Source: Amoebophrya sp. A120
Taxonomy: Eukaryota; Protista; Dinoflagellata
Direction: 5' to 3'
Length of the DNA: 64,000 nt
Assembly (NCBI GenBank): GCA_905178155.1
Contig: CAJINV010000005.1
Location: forward strand, 290,254-354,253
Shown here: piece after piece, positions 62,521 to 64,000 of the stretch
How the letters are laid out: every line of letters starts with the position of its first letter
Position numbering within the stretch: the stretch's first letter is position 1
Translations under genes and position numbers: made by a program
The notes under the pieces: model-generated
Told to the model about the DNA's origin: nothing
The model's input: only the letters and a program-made list of their open reading frames with translations
Databases searched by the model: none

Positions 62521-63696
62521 GTTTTGTTTGATGATCGGGGGTGACTCGCAATGCCTCCCCTTGGAAGAATCTATCTGCTGCGCTTTTTGTGTTTTGTGGC
62601 TGCCACACCCTCGCGCCTAAAGTTCTCCGCTATTTTTTTTGAAAGGCGGCCACGTTCATCAAAGGCGTCTGGCTTTTCTTCCTCTGGTCGGTAGAGACGT
62701 GGCGAGTAATGTTATAGCTAACCTTCGCGCGCCCGTCTTGTTTTAGGGCTCTTTGCCGAAAGTTTTCGAGGCTTTCGCCTTGCGAAGTTCCAGGGAGGGA
62801 TTCCATTTGTGTCTCCTTCCCTCGGAAGGGGTGTGTCTCTGGGAATTCCGTCTTCATTTCGCCTTCCCTCGGAAGATCCATCCGTCCCTCTCGGAGTTAC
62901 ATTCCCGCTTCGCCTCCTCTCGGGAGACCCATTGCTCATGGGATTCCGTTTCCATTTCGCCTTCCTGGGGATGGTGTCAGTCTCGGGGGATTCCGTTTTG
63001 CCTTCCTGCGGAAGGTGTCTCGGGGGCCGCCATTTCGCCTTCCTTGCCCTCTGGTAGGTCTCTCCCTGGCGGAAGGACCGCTGCTTGATTGCCTCGTGGG
63101 GGAGTGTGAGTTGTTTATTTCCTGGCTGGCGCGAAGCTTTCGCCATCGACTCCAGATTGATGAATGGCCCGAGCTTATTGACACCTCCTGCGCGACGTGG
63201 GTGGTTCGGGGTTTTTCTGTGCCCGGGCTCGCCGAGGCGTTTTGGATTCGGCTTCGGAGCGCGCAGGTTTGCGGCTGTCCGGGGCTGTGCGCGTGTGCTT
63301 ACAGCTTTTGCGCCGGGGGCCCCGGGTTTTTTCTTTTGTGTCCCGGGGCCTCGTCACATCTACGCCCCGGGGCCCCGGAACATGCATGGCCCGTCGGAAG
63401 GCAGGCCAGCCTTCGGTAAAGGTAGGGAGGCGGGGGGCCCGAAGCACAGGCTGGCGCGTGCATGGTGAATAACGTTTGGCGGTGGAGGAGATAACGGGGC
63501 CCGCGCAGTGCTTCTCGCGGAAACGGGAAACGGGACACGCAACTTGATTCTAGGACCAAACCTGATTCCAGTCAACTTGATTCCAGAGTCCAACTTGATT
63601 CCATTTAACTTGATTCCGGTTACCAACTTGATTCCAACAATTTGACCAACTTGATTCCTTGGATGTCCGTTTTGTTTGATGATCGGGGGTGACTCG
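62521..63696 (+). repeat. 28-bp direct repeat bracketing a ~1.1-kb GC-rich, internally repetitive segment
   Basis: GTTTTGTTTGATGATCGGGGGTGACTCG at 62521 and 63669; internal CATTTCGCCTTCC occurs three times (~62856, ~62953, ~63031). Confidence 0.75.
63541..63658 (+). repeat. Cluster of ~7 AACTTGATTCC motifs with short variable spacers
   Basis: Copies near 63541, 63559, 63574, 63592, 63607, 63625 and 63648. Confidence 0.85.
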
Positions 63697-64000
63697 ATTT
63701 TGCTACCACTGGTGAGCAAAATGGAATTTTTTGACTGATAATTTGTCGTTCGGTCGCAGAATCCCTGCAGTCTTCTAGGTTTCCGTTGCTCGGAGGTGCG
63801 TGAGGCAGACGACAAATGCGCCCCAACGTCCAAAATGCAAAATGAAAATGGTTTTTATTACGACGCACTATCAATAGCATTCGTTTTCGTGACAGTGTAG
63901 GACTAGAAGCATTACGACAGAGTCAATGAGTAGCCCCTTCGGCTAGATACCCACGACAACGAATCACCGACGACCCCAGGTCATCGTGTTTGTAGTGTTT

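Noticed and set aside
63541-63658. CRISPR-like array of AACTTGATTCC repeats
   Set aside because: Repeats are 11 bp with 4-12 bp spacers, far too short; no cas genes; eukaryotic context.
1-64000. tRNA, rRNA or spliced-leader RNA genes
   Set aside because: None recognised by eye; a covariance-model search would be needed to exclude them.

Overview
Eukaryotic, intron-rich window, not prokaryotic, with about 11 genes all on the + strand. From 5' to 3': the 3' end of an unknown gene, three tandem paralogous Cys-rich type-I membrane protein genes, a kinesin-3-like motor, two unknown genes, a divergent FtsJ-like protein, a calmodulin-like protein, a Ctf8-like gene and a long-chain acyl-CoA synthetase. 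The dominant signal is about 32 short (166-417 bp) non-coding elements that interrupt coding sequence. They have terminal inverted repeats that almost all begin TAT and end ATA, flanked by a 5-bp target-site duplication (20 perfect, 12 decayed). In every case I traced, removing the element plus one 5-bp copy restores the reading frame, usually without GT-AG ends. They belong to at least 7 TIR families and occur in both orientations. The younger ones share an internal GCAT(G/C)AC motif, and the set forms a gradient from young elements to ordinary-looking GT-AG introns. This is a transposon-derived non-canonical intron (introner) system. With the unidirectional gene order it suggests a Syndiniales parasite such as Amoebophrya (inference), where introner elements have been reported. 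No transposase gene is seen in the window. All coordinates were read by eye.
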